A program made the position numbers and the translations under genes. This document shows positions 44,466 through 57,607 of a stretch of DNA of 64,000 nt, piece by piece (position 1 is the first letter of the stretch; each line of letters starts with the position of its first letter). The stretch is taken from assembly GCA_048013815.1 (NCBI GenBank), contig CM106585.1, forward strand, positions 18,538,001 to 18,602,000, written 5' to 3'. The stretch is from Setoptus koraiensis (Eukaryota > Animalia > Arthropoda). The notes below the pieces were generated by a model, which saw only the letters and a program-made list of their open reading frames with translations, was not told the DNA's origin and did not search any database.

Positions 44466-47400
44466 AGACCGTTGCGCAACCAGAGCGACAAGCGCAAGTG
44501 TCGCTCGTTCGCCCGTCGACTCGTTGCGCTGGTTTCGGTCGGGCCCGCCGAGGCCGGCCCCTGTTGCCTGTGGCCAGCTCCTTTGGTGTGTTGGCGCGAA
44601 AACGAAAATGGGAGCTGCCAGTGAGAAGTTGTCAGTGAGAAGTTCTCGGTGAGAAAGGGCCGAGAGCCGCACGAAATGCCGCTGCGGGCCGGTGGCCGGC
44701 GGCGCCCGTTGGCGGGCAGTTGCAACTTGCCCACAACTATGCCCGCTTGTTTGCGAGCGAGCTCCGTGTTGAACAAATGTAATTCGCCGTGTGTTGCAAG
44801 CGGCGCGATCGCGAGCGCCAATTGGCGGCGAAACGCGAAATGGAATTGCGTTCCGAGGCGACTCAGTGGCAGCTCGTTGCCTCCATCATAGCCTGCATAG
44901 GCTATGATGGAGGCTATGCAAATGAGCCGGCGCGCTGGACGCAACAGGTCGCTCTAATTACCGCCGGCAGCCGGCCTAATCGACTGACTCGTTCAATCGG
45001 TCGGGACGAGCGGCTCGGCGTTCAGTTCGGCGGCCAATTGCAGCCCATGTGGCCGGCCCGAGCAGCCGAAAGAGATAAGTGTGCGGCCGTTATGCGGAGC
45101 CAACTGGAGCCAATCGAAGCCATCGGGCCACAGTCAGAGCCACCAGAGCCGAGCGGCTAAAACAACGGACTGCATTGGCAAATTGGCATGAATTGATTTG
45201 TCTATTGGCTAGGCGTGTGTGAGTCGGCGGCCAGTTATTGGCTGCTCCGGCTGCTCATAAATTAACTTGCCTGATCGATTCGCGATGGACAGCTAGCATG
45301 ATGGCCGTTCGAGCATCGAGCTCGGAGCTGCGAGCTGCGAGGATTCGAACGAGCCGCCGCCAATCCCTTCTCGAGTGAGCTTCTTTTTGCCTTTCTTCTC
45401 TGCGAAACAGTCTTGGCTCCGCCGCTCGGAGCCGTCGCCGGCCCGGCTGCGAGCTCCTAATCAAAACCAAACCGGCCACCTGTCTCTCGTTTTGGGTCGC
45501 CCGTTCTCTCATGCGCTGCTCGTTTGCGCTGCCGGCCCGCCGGCCGGCCGGCCGACCAAACGGAACGATGCGAGAGAGGCAACGTGAGCGCAATAACGCA
45601 ACTAGCAAAACGGACCAAATCGAGCCAGAATTTCGCCTGGCATGTCCAGTGGTCACGACCAAACTCACGGCCAGTCTCACGGCAGTGCGCTGCTGTTCTA
45701 AAACTAAACTATGGTCCGATAGGGCCGCAACGAGCGCGGCCGCCCGTCCGGCCAGCTCCGCTTGACCGCCGCTACGCCGTGTGTCGTCTGGCCGCTGGCC
45801 TGTTTGCCCGCTGCCGGCTCGTTTGCTCGGCCGCTCGCTCGTCGGCCGCTCGCCTGTCCAGCCGCTCGCTTGTCGATCGCGGCAATCCTAATTAATCTTA
45901 ATTAATTAGCACACTCGTACGCACGCTTTCCGGCAATCGTGTCAATTGCGGACGAAGCCAGCTCGCCAGTGGCCGGCGACAGCATGCGCTAGGCTCGGCC
46001 GGACAGTATCGCGTCAGCCGGACATTCTCGCGTTGCGGCCCGTCTCGGGCGAGCCGACCAATGCGAACACGCCAAAAGCTCGGCCCTGCAGTGCGCAACT
46101 TGCACAGCCCGGCAACCGAGCGCTCGATTATTGTCAGCGGCGGCTTGACAATAATTAATTGGCACCAATCAATCGTGGCCGGCACACTGGCCACTTGTGG
46201 CCGGCACTGGCAAGCGACTTGCCAGGCCCGTATTCAGTCGCAGCGAGCGCCGCCGTGAATTAGTGGCCGCCATTAGAGGCAGTCATTTAATGCGATTGGT
46301 CTGCTGTTCGAGGGAAAGTATCCGTCCGCGAAAGTGCCTGTGACAGATTTGTCCTTGTGGCGTGACAACTTGCGATGCCACGACGCGAAAAGCAAGTTGC
46401 CACATTGTCGGCCCGACAAACAATCTCGGCGCGTCACACGACAGCTCAATTAATGGCCTACAGCCGACGATCTGGCAGATTCTTGCAGATCATTGCAGAG
46501 CGACGAGGCCGCGACGGCTTCGCTTGCTCCATTTTATCCGGTTGTTTGCGAGCCACCGCGCAGTCCAGAGCCAGCGTGCCGGACAGTGTTTTGCAAATCC
46601 GCTGCAGCGACAAACGCGCGGCCAACGCAAATAATAATGTAGCAATTGGTGCACCTGTTGAACTGTTGTGCGGACCAAACGAGCGTAAATTTATCACGTC
46701 GGGCACAGGACAAGGCGACGCAGGCTAATAAAGGAATGCTAATCAAGATTGATCACCGCGCCGGCCGCACAATTCAATCTCGGCTGAGCCATTCCGACCG
46801 GCTCGCCACCGCTCGAATTGTGTGAATCCGGCCGGACATTGCCGGACATCGGCGGACATTGGCGGATGTTCGAGGATGTTGGCTGATGTTGGCGGATATT
46901 GGAGCCGCGCTGGCCAGCGCAGCCCGGCCCGTCGTCCCGTGCTTGCTCCCAATGTCTGCCAGGCCCAACCCAAGCCGTCTGGCCAAGCCCATGACGGTTG
47001 GCCGGCCAGCGGCTAGCTCCTGTTTGGCAAATGCACGCCAAACGAGGCCCGCGAGTCGGCGAGCGCGCCCTTGTTCGGCCAGTGCCGCTGTCCGTGCTAA
47101 ACAATCAGACGGGAGAAAGTTTGCGACGTGACCGCCTGATATTCATGCCAATATTTACATATCGGCGAGCTCACTTGGCGTCGTCGCTCGTCGCCGCTTT
47201 TCGTCGCCCGTTGTCGCCCGTTGTCGCTGGTTTATCCAGACGCCAACTGCATGAACCAGCGACCAGGACGAAAGGAGGCAGCCTGAGTAGAGGAGCTCGG
47301 CCAACGACCAGCATCGGTGGTGTGACGGCAAATTGTTGGCCATCAGCGAGCCCGAGCACGGACACACATTGACGGCTGGCATTATGCGCCGGCCCGATCG

Positions 47401-48094
47401 TTATTATTGTGCCGCTCGCAATAATAATCGAGTCGGCTCGAATTGTTTGCATCACGCGATAGCCTCGTCATCGATCGGCGAGCCAGCTGGGCAGCCGGCG
47501 CGGTCACTTGTGGCGCAATTTGCATGCCGACATGGCGCAACGAGCCAACGATTCAAAATAAAATGAGTGAGCCTCACATTACCAAGTTGGTAATCCGATC
47601 CAATGGCGCAATGGCGCAATGACGCAATGACGATGGACACGACAGAGACAGCGGCTTCGTGTTCAGCGCCGCCGTGAGCTGTCATTGAGTGAGCTGCCAT
47701 TGAACGAGCCGAGCGATGTGAAAGCGACCGACATGCGAATGAAAAATGTGCCAGAAACATGTGAAAGAAGGGGGGCGACACGCGAGAAAGCAGCTCAAGT
47801 GGCTCCGAGTGGCAAGCCGAGTGCGCCTTCTAGAATCGCTTGTTCGGTCCGAAATCGCTCGTTCGGCCCGAAATCGCTCGTTCGGTCCGAAATCGCTGGG
47901 TCTTGGCCGAAAAGTTCAGCCTTGGAGAGATTCGGCATCAGAGAAATTCTCGGCCGGCGAAACCGCAAGTGACGCGGACAGTTGTGCCATTGTGCGCCAG
48001 AGTGGCGTGCCAGCAATGGAGCCAGCGACAAGTCAGTGGGCACCGCTGATTTCACTGACCGATCGCAGCGCTGATTTAACCGATCGATTTCACT

Positions 48095-48146
48095 GACTGA
48101 TTTCGCCGACTGATTTCGCCGACTGATTTCGCCGACTGATTTCGCC
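48095..48146. repeat. 13-bp tandem GACTGATTTCGCC x4
   Basis: Directly visible. Confidence 0.9.
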
Positions 48147-51100
48147 AACCGATTCAGTGCAGTCGCGGGCCGCCGTCGAACGAAAGAACCCGAGCCGAAA
48201 AGATCGCGCACATCCGACGCGATCGCATTCCGGCCCGGAATTGCAAGTCGAAGCTTGGGCAGTTGCAACTCACAACTTGCGAGCCAGAGGGTCCAACTGT
48301 CCAGAGAGTTTGCACCATCTCAATGGTGCAGATGCGGCATGCGAGGCTCGCAAGCGAGCGGCGGCAGGAATTCCGAGGGCCGCGGGTTGACGCGCAGAGA
48401 TTAGTATCGGCCGGTCAACAGTGGCCGTAATTAATCTTTGCACACCAGCGCACGGGAGATCCCTTTGCACAAGAGCGGCCGACCGATTGGCTGTTGGCGA
48501 TAAAATCGGATTGAAGCGGAGTGCGCATGAGAGATGGTGTGCATGGCGGCGCCATCATTCCATCAACTGCGTCCTGTAGGAATATCTGATGAAGCCGGAA
48601 TTTCCAACGGAGTGCCAATGAAGCCACAATTTCCAACGGAGTGCCGATGAAGCCACAATTTGCGTGCCATGCAGCCAGTATTTGTGCGCAATGAAGCCAG
48701 AATTTGCGCGCAACGAAGCCAGCAGAAATGGGCGTGCGAATGTCGTGGCAGGCAGCCATTAATGGCGGTTGAGGCGCGCTAACGGCAACAGGTCGCTCAT
48801 ACAAGTTTATTATCGGCATTATTATTTGTTGTTGTTATTTGTTGCTGTTATTGGTGGCTGTTATTGGTTGCATTGCCGCGATATTGGCGTCATCGGCGCT
48901 ATTGGCGTCATCGGCGCTAGCTGCGACCGGCCAACGAGACCGCAACCAATCAGGTCGATCAAGGGACGAATAGGAGCGAAATGAGCAATAAATAATGGAC
49001 AATAAACGCGCGCCGAGCGCAGCGCAAGCCTCACGACCGGCCGCTCGCCACTGCCGCATCGGCCGGCTCCTATAACCGGCCGGCCGGCCAGCACTTTGCA
49101 TCGGCTAGCTCGCCGGCCGACGCAAAGTGCAGCGATTGGCCGCATTAATAGAATTGTGTCGAGCGCATTAACGGAATCGATCGGCCGGCTACTGCGACGG
49201 CGCTCTGGCCAGTGGTCAGTTTGCCGCTGTCTGGCGAGTTGTTTGTTTATTATTTGTTTCATGGAAACAAGCGGCGTCGCACGCCGGCCGACACAATGAC
49301 CGGTGACAGCCGATGAGGGGATAATCCGAACAAATGCAAACATTCGCATGTGCCGAGTTGCCGGGCAGCGTCTGCGGCGGCGGCGGCGGACGATCGAACG
49401 GGCACAAGGAGCGACACCAACAAACAGTGGCCGGCGCAACTGCTGGCCATCACATCAATCGAATGGAATCGCCCGAAAAGAATTTCGGCAATTGGCCTGC
49501 GAATCGCAAAACTGGCCAACTCTTGGAGCGGCCAGAGCGACGGGCACAGTTTATGTAGTTGGCCCGCTTTGCTTCGAGTCGCCGAGGGTAATTGTTGAAA
49601 TTGTTGCCACAACAACGTAATCCAGAATAGATTAGATTTGCAGATAGCGCGCCAACAGACAGCGACGCGTCCGACACTTCTCACAACAACAAATCAATGC
49701 GTCAGTCTGGCCGAGCGGCAGCAAGCTAATAATGGTGGCCACAATAGTCTGTTCGCTGTTACCGCCATGCGAACGTCCCGAACAACCCGAATTATCCGAA
49801 CTACCCGAGCGGCCGTCTCGCGAATGTCAGCCAATGCCAACATCAGCCTATGATTCGTCGCTCGTTGGCCAGCCCGGCAGCGGCCGTCGGGCTGGCCAAC
49901 GAGCGGGGGAAACGGTCGGCCCGTGAGACCGGCCGAACGACCGGATAACTGCGAAATGGCAGCTGCAGCAGCCGATACGCATAAGTGTAGTAACTGCGCT
50001 GGCCATTTATTTTATTTATATTTATTTTGCGCCCAATTTACTGCCAATAATAACAATAATAAGACAGTAATAACAACACACTCACCCCTTGCACAGGTAA
50101 CAGGGGCAACGGCATCGGCGGCCGGTCCAGCCACAAAGTCGCCAGCACATCGATGCACAAAATTTGGCCAAAGTCGACGGTCTGATCGCCGGCGTCTGGC
50201 CAAGTCTCGGCCAAATGCCGGCCAAATTGCGAGCCCGATGCAGCTCATTTGAATGAAAATTGGTGCATGCCGAAGGTTAAACGAAGCCGAAGCGCCGTTA
50301 CGTTGAGCTGTGTCGGCACGACCAGACGACCTGACCTGATGTGTGTGTGTGCTATCGGCCGAGATCGGCCATCGGAGTGATTGACATAACATGCCCGCTG
50401 TCGACAATTATTCCTTGTTGCTATTATTGGGACCGGGCCAACTGCGTCGGCTTGCGCCGTCTAGCCAGTTGAGAGTCGACGGTCTCGAGTCGACGGTCGC
50501 GAGTCGACGGTGCTGAAGCGGAAACGGGCCGGCCGTCGTTATCGATCGAGCCGACCGTTGACTCGGCGCGAGACGCGATCTCTGACTGGCCCGCTCCGAC
50601 GAGCTTAAGCAAACTCAGGCCAACTCGAACCAGCGAGCCGGCCCGGCCGGAGACGCAGCGACGACGCTTGACAGCGCCAGTTGACTGGCTGCCAAACAAA
50701 ATAGTCAAAACCATCCCAAAATGCGCAACAGTCTCTGCGAATTGCGCTTGCGTCATGGCGCTCGTTGCCGCTGCCATGAATGCTGTTTTGAATGGTGCCC
50801 CCGACGCCGCTCGCAACGCTGCTCTGGATGCTGCTGTTGGAACCGCTGCAATCCGACGGGCGCCCGTTCGCTCATTGGCCGGGTTTTGGTTTCGATCGGA
50901 GGAGAATTCTCTAGGAATTTTCTATTCGATATCGAAATCGCGATAAAGAATCGCGATGGAGAGTCGCGATAACGAGTCGCGATGGAGAGTCACGATAATG
51001 AGTCGCGGCGACGCGTTCCAGCGCGAATGGTTGCACACTGTGATATCGAGTTTGAGATTGTGGGCATCACAACACGCATTTCGTGTGCGTTATGACGACC

Positions 51101-53288
51101 GACACTCTTCCTGTTGCTCTGGCGGCCCGACGGCAGCAAACTCGCGAATGGCAGCTAAAATTAAAACTTAAAAGCCGGCGAGTTGGCGAATTTGGAAACA
51201 GCGTCTCACCTTTGCGCTGCCATCATTCATCACGATGGCCCGCCGCTGATTGATAATAATGGCCGCTGGAAGTAACGAGTGAAACGACTAAAATTAACTG
51301 TCAGACAACACCCTTGCTGTTGCTTCTGTCAGCGCGTACGGCTTGCCAGCGAACGTGCAAACAAGCGAGCATGAAATGGAATAACGGTAGTGCTGCCTAC
51401 TCATTTCATCAGTCATTTCATTAGTGAGCGCCAGCCAGCGGGCTCTCTAAGCGGGCTCACGGCAGGCGCTGGCACGTTGCCGTTGCCAATGTTGAATAAT
51501 GTTGCGGTTGCTGGCTGCCAGCGCTGGCAACACTGGCAACAAATGTAGCCATCGCGGTTACAGTTGGTTAGCCGGCTGGCTGGCAGTCGCTCGAAAGGCA
51601 TCTCGCCAGCAGCCACTCAATTGTGTTTTAATGTGCCGAGCCAATCTGCATATTATTATTATTTTATTAAATGTGTACAAGTGTGTGTGTGTGCGTTGCA
51701 GCTAGTTAGGTGATAGTCAAATTGGGGGCAGGGGCGGGCTTGCGCGACCTTCAATTTTTCCAACAGAATCGAGCAGCCTATGGCCAGGCGACTTGTCGTG
51801 TGCCAGCCAATTAACCAATAAGGTGAGCAAACAGCCGGCTTTGCCAACTCTGTCTACGGCAATGGCAATAATCATAATTCATCGCCTCGCTTCGTTTCCA
51901 CTCGTTTCTGGCTGGCTGGCTCTCGAGAGGGCCGGCTCTCCGAATGTCTGGCTCGGCTAGCGGCTCCAAACGGCGTGCCAGGCAACGCGCCGTCATCGAG
52001 GGCGCGCGCCGACATTCGAGCGAATGTCATCAACGCGATCGCTGGCCATTGCGAAACATGCGTCACTTTTATTGTTTATCCGCTCGGATCGCGTAACTGT
52101 TAACTGTTTGCAATCGCTAACGCAATTCGGGGTGTTTTCCAGCCGCGTCAAATGAACAAAATTTCCAAGTTGCAAAGTAACACACATGGCATGCAAACTT
52201 GTTGTGAGAGTTATCGCGCAAACCAACGCGCGACTAGCGGATGGTCTGTGGAAATGCGTGGGCGCGCTGCACTGTTTTGCCTGTTTTGCCAATTTCAATG
52301 TCATCGCTCGACGCTAATCTTTCAGACGCTTTCGCTCGGAAGGCACAGCAACACGACAACACACTGTGTTGAACACAATAACGGCGACACGACAAAAACA
52401 AACAAACGCTGCTACTTTCGATCGAGTTCCCATCATTCATAAGTGTCTCACAGAAATGTGCGCCTCTCCAGCAGTCTCTATACTATAGAGTCTATAGATT
52501 CCATAACAGAGACTCTCTACAGTGCATCGAGTAATTAAGATGCCTTGCTTCGCCCGCTCTCCGACGCCAACAGCCTCTTGTCTCGGCCTTGTCGGCTCAC
52601 ATTCGGCACACAGATATTTCCATTTTCAGAAGAGATAATCATCATCATCAGCATGCTGATATTGTGCCGCAACAGCAAAAGATCAATCAATTCTGTTGCT
52701 TTGTTTACATTCGCTAACAAAAGTAAAGTATTTACCAAAGTGTGTGTGTGCCATTTGGTCGCGCTCATTTATATATTTATAATATTTATATGTACTCTCG
52801 GCTCTCCGCTGACTGGCGAAGCCATGCCAACCAGATGGTGATTATTGTTATTACAACAGCTAAATCTGGCTCGCTAAAGTGTCCGAGGCTGCTGCTGCTG
52901 TTGTGTTTGTTTTCTTGTTGTTTTATAATTACAGCACTAAATGCCGTTCAATCGTATTGTTGCCGTTGTTTTATTGATGTCATGTCGTTAGAGAACAACA
53001 CACATACACACACACACTTTCCAGGCAAGAGTAACTCACACTGCTGTCAGTGCGGCAACAATAGCTTGGCTTGCTCATCATCGAGCGATAAAAACGCCAA
53101 CGATTTTATTTTATCTCTGACTCACTTGTGAGGTAGACCCACCATTGACATTGATTTATTCGCCTGTTACGCTTGGCTTGCTCGCTGGCTCGCCAACTCG
53201 ATGCAGCCAGCTATATATGTTTGTGTTCGTGTGACATTTGATAGAGGTGCCTTCTTGTTTTTGCCCCCTCCGACATGCCACTAGCCGA

Positions 53289-53333
53289 TATATACTGTCA
53301 GTCTATATACTGTCAGTCTATATACTGTCAGTA
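53289..53333. repeat. 15-bp tandem TATATACTGTCAGTC x3 with degenerate extensions
   Basis: Directly visible. Confidence 0.85.
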
Positions 53334-55891
53334 TTTACTGTGTCAGTATATCCTCTGTCAGTGTGCATGTGTATTGTCTCGATATCGTGCCGTGTAACAT
53401 GAGATGAGCGACTTCATGAATAATCATCGCACACCAACCGCCAGCTTTATTGACCATTGTTTATAAATAGTCCTGATCGACGCTTCATCAACGGCTCAAC
53501 TGCGATTCGGCGATTCTCATCTGTGCCAATCTCATCATCATTGACCATTCCCTTGACAACAGGTGACTGCTGCTGGCAATGATCGCAATTGGTCGTATGA
53601 TGATATGTATGATGTGCATATGTGATGTGTGAACTAACTGGCCGGTGTGTGTGTGTGTGTGTCTTCCGGTGTGGAACCTCAAGAACTCGAAACTTGAAGT
53701 TTCAAACTCAAAGTTTGAAACTTTTCGAGTTTTGAACTGCGCGCCACGGCGCAAGCGAACATGTTCGTTGGTTGATCTGGGGGCGGCAGGGAGGGGGCGA
53801 GAGGGTCAACCTAACGCGTGCTGAGGCTGAAGCACACAGCAACCAATGCGAGCATTCGACAAAGAGCAACGGGCGTATCATCAGGGCGAACGTTCACACT
53901 GTATTCTCGGCAACACATTCACAGATTCTCTCGACAAAAATTGTTGTTGTCGTTCGGCCGTCTCCTATTTATCCGTATATACATATACATCAGATTATTA
54001 TTATTATTATTATCAAATAAATATTACCTGTTATTTAATCGTCGTTACTATTATTGTGATAACATCACTGTATCGTCACTATATCGTCACTATATCATCC
54101 AGCCAGCGAGGACCGTTGAAAATTGTCAACAGTTGTCTGCGGCAGACTCTCGTTGCAACAAGTTAAGCCGCTTCGGCTTGTGTTTGGTTAATCTTGGACT
54201 CGAGCGTTGCCAGTCGAATATATCAGACACATCGGATACAGAGTGAGAGAGAGATAGACGGATTTATATTTGTTCGTCGTTTTCGTATTTATATTTATTT
54301 ATTATTTGCTCAGAGACTCGCTCACAGCGGAGGCCACAAACCGGCACTCACATGAGCATCAGTTGCTGGTGGCAATATGATCTACGGCTGCAACAGACCA
54401 ACATAATAAATACAATCCAATAAGCAACAAGAACAACAATTATATCCACCGGTCAGACCCACAATTCGCACCACATCAACAGCAATAGTCCACTCAACAA
54501 CAGGCATTTTGGCCGGCAAAAGCAACAGGGCGCGAAATACGGGAGAAAAACTGATCGCTGAATCAATAATAATACTATCGGTGTGTATATTTAAAACCGT
54601 TTGCATTCGTTTGCCCACATTAACAAGTCACAGCCATTTCTAATTTGGCCTTTATGTTAAATTGATGCAAAAACTCCACTAATATTAGATTAGCAATCAG
54701 GCTATCGGCTGACTCGCTAGACCGACACAAGCGCACACACACACACACACATACACAGAGAAATCGAGTTAATCATACTCACATTCACAGTTTGTTTCTG
54801 TCTGTCTTGAGATTTGTATCAGACAGAATCTCTCTCTCCCGTACACACGCAGAACAAGAAATATTATTAGCATCACACAGTCGAAGGGATATAAAATATA
54901 CACACACATAGCCAGAGATAAGAGAATAAGTTTGAGTTAAAGCCGAGAACGAGAGTAGTGGGAGGAGATTCCCCTAACACTAACACTGCTAACCATACTA
55001 CAGCTACTACGAACACCACTACTGCCGCTGCTGCCACCATTGCCAGCTATAACTGCCGTCGCTAGTTGTGCTATTAACATTCATCCTCGACAAGACTGAG
55101 CGAGAAAGAGAGCTAGACTTTACTATCTGACGTTGCACTGCTATCAATTTGTTAGTGGTTGTTTATATTGAAAGAAAGAAAGTCTTATTTCACTGTGTAT
55201 GTTTGTGTAGCCGTGTGAAGCTTCTTCCACAATCTGAAACATCATCATTCTGCATTGGCTTTCAAAGCCATCGGATCAAGAACAAAACATTTGGCAGCAG
55301 CAACAACTATCGAGGCACATCCATAGCAGCGAACACACAAACAACATCCAATACGCCGGAAGGTTATATCTTTTCCATATATTTATCGTAAATATATACA
55401 TTAACACAGTAAATTTATATCTCCAGTATGTGAATCATATACCAGTGAAAATCCATGCGCCGCTTCAGTATTTCAGATAAAGAAAACGAATGTTAAATTA
55501 GTTGTAGTCGCTAATCTTGATCAAGCATCCCTATTCAACAACTTTTATTGCTCTTAATACCACGTTATTATATATCGACACAACACATAGTGCACTCATA
55601 GTATCGTTACCACTAATCTGACCACTCGATCAGCAGATATAATAATACCAACCGTGAATGTTTTAGCTTTTGAGGAGGAAAAAAAACCACGACACACATT
55701 TATAGGTCACAATTCAATAAGTTTGAGTGTTTGTGAAATATCATGAGAAAGTTAACATAATTTGCACAAGTTGTATCATTAAATGCGATCTATATCAATT
55801 ATCAGTTCTTAGAGAATAAAAAAAAATCATCGATATTAGAGTCATTTCATGATCAACGGAGCCGGCCAACTGACAGGCAGTCTTCTCTAGC

Positions 55892-57607
55892 ATGAACAAG
55901 ACTACTTCGAGGAACTTCTCTAATAGGTGGTCCGACCCATACAGCTTATCAAGAGGTCCAACAAATTCCATAGTTTCTACTACTCCAAATGTGAACAACA
56001 TCGGGCAGCAGCTCAGATCTCGAACAAGTCATCAAAATCAATCTGCTGTGCCCATCCTAATGGTGAAGAAACCAGCACCTCACCATCAGCAAGAGATTAT
56101 TGTTTCGTCTTCTCATGCCCCATCGTCATTATCTTCATCAACATCTACCAAGTTGACAACATCAAAAATAAGATCAACAAATACGGTGAACATTACATCA
56201 ACCATCAAGAAGACCAGGTCCACAATAGTCACAACAAAAAAGTCAACAACCAGTATCAACAAGATGACCACTAGCACCGGAGGTAGCTCCACTGTGACCA
56301 CTATTACAACTCATCCAACTCGATTGCCATTGGTGAAATCATTAGTTTTATCGCCGAGCAAGCAATATATGTCATGCAACAACCAGCATCAACAGCAGAA
56401 CCAGCAAGACAGTGCTAGAAGTCACCCAGCACCATGTGAAAATTCACAATCTCACAACGGAATGTGTCAAACAGTTACAGGCACTAACCCACACAGAGAG
56501 CAATGTAATATCGATTACCCTTTGAATAGTATTATTGCGGAAAACGAGACAGCAACTGATGAAAATTCAAACGCACAAATGATTCTTGATGTTTCTCCTA
56601 ACAAGCCTAACCAGCATCTCGATAAAAATGATGAAAAATCGGACAAGGATGAGATTAGAACAACAATTAAGGATAACGATAACACCGATAACGCCATCAT
56701 TGTAGTAGACAATGATATAGAAAAATCATCTGAGCAACAGCTAGTCAGTAGTGAATCGCCAATAGCGATATCAGCCATCAATATAAAACAGGAACCAATT
56801 AGCAGCCATTATGATCTCGACTTACGTCCATTTGCTCGTGGTAAATTCGCCCAAGTGAAACGATGCGTACACAAAGACAGTCAAAAAGAATATGCGGCCA
56901 AATGCATAAAGAAACGAAGGAGACTTGTTGATATTAGACATGAAATAATGCATGAGATTCAAGTGCTAAGCCTGGCCAATGTGACTAACCGTATTGTCAA
57001 ACTTCATGATGTCTACGAAACATCTAATGAGATAATTTTAGTGTTAGAAATGGCCGAAGGTGGCGAGCTACAAAGAGTCCTGGACGATGAAGAGGCCATT
57101 GACGAGGTTCATGTTCAGCGTATGGTCAAACAAATTTTAGAGGGATTATTTTATTTACATAAGCATGACATTGCGCATTTGGATATTAAGCCACAGAATT
57201 TACTATTGACAAAAAAATTTCCTGATGGTGATATAAAACTATGCGACTTTGGCATATCTAGACACATAAAGAAAGGAGCAGAAATACGCGAAATTTGTGG
57301 TACGCCTGATTATGTCGCACCGGAAATACTTCGTTATGACCCTATCAGTTTGGCGACTGATATGTGGAGTTTAGGAGTTTTGACATACGCATTATTATCT
57401 GGTTATTCACCTTTTGGAAATGAGAACAAACAACTCACCTACTGTAATATTACGACAGCCAATCTCGATTTTCCCCACGAGTGCTTTTCTAGCGTTTCCA
57501 GTGATGCTATCGACTTCATACAGAAGCTTGTAATCAGAGAGCCTACGGAGAGATTATCGTGCAGAGAAGCCTTAGAGCATAGGTGGCTTAAATCCGTGCT
57601 CAGCTAA
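55892..57607 (+). CDS. Drak: Death-associated protein kinase-related kinase (DRAK/STK17 family), 571 aa, single exon
   Basis: Complete CAMK-group kinase domain (FARGKFAQVKRC, YAAKCIKKRRR, IMHEIQVL, HLDIKPQNLLL, DIKLCDFGISR, EICGTPDYVAPEIL, SLATDMWSLGV) typical of DRAK, after a ~300-aa S/T/N-rich extension. Confidence 0.92.
   Translation: MNKTTSRNFSNRWSDPYSLSRGPTNSIVSTTPNVNNIGQQLRSRTSHQNQSAVPILMVKKPAPHHQQEIIVSSSHAPSSLSSSTSTKLTTSKIRSTNTVNITSTIKKTRSTIVTTKKSTTSINKMTTSTGGSSTVTTITTHPTRLPLVKSLVLSPSKQYMSCNNQHQQQNQQDSARSHPAPCENSQSHNGMCQTVTGTNPHREQCNIDYPLNSIIAENETATDENSNAQMILDVSPNKPNQHLDKNDEKSDKDEIRTTIKDNDNTDNAIIVVDNDIEKSSEQQLVSSESPIAISAINIKQEPISSHYDLDLRPFARGKFAQVKRCVHKDSQKEYAAKCIKKRRRLVDIRHEIMHEIQVLSLANVTNRIVKLHDVYETSNEIILVLEMAEGGELQRVLDDEEAIDEVHVQRMVKQILEGLFYLHKHDIAHLDIKPQNLLLTKKFPDGDIKLCDFGISRHIKKGAEIREICGTPDYVAPEILRYDPISLATDMWSLGVLTYALLSGYSPFGNENKQLTYCNITTANLDFPHECFSSVSSDAIDFIQKLVIREPTERLSCREALEHRWLKSVLS

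Larger units (their letters stand above)
26750..54300. other. GC-rich gene-free interval, probable cis-regulatory domain
   Basis: Abrupt shift to GC/CpG/GGCC-rich sequence. All ORF-track entries are short, overlapping on both strands and low-complexity, with no recognisable domain. AT-rich TAAT/TAATTA islands are interspersed. Confidence 0.6.

Noticed and set aside
26661-54618. Hundreds of 60-290 aa ORFs in the ORF track, e.g. 42174..43037 (287 aa), 43293..44054, 30604..31350
   Set aside because: They overlap on both strands, are R/A/G/S/C-rich as expected from GC-rich sequence with few stops, often use alternative starts, and show no recognisable domain.
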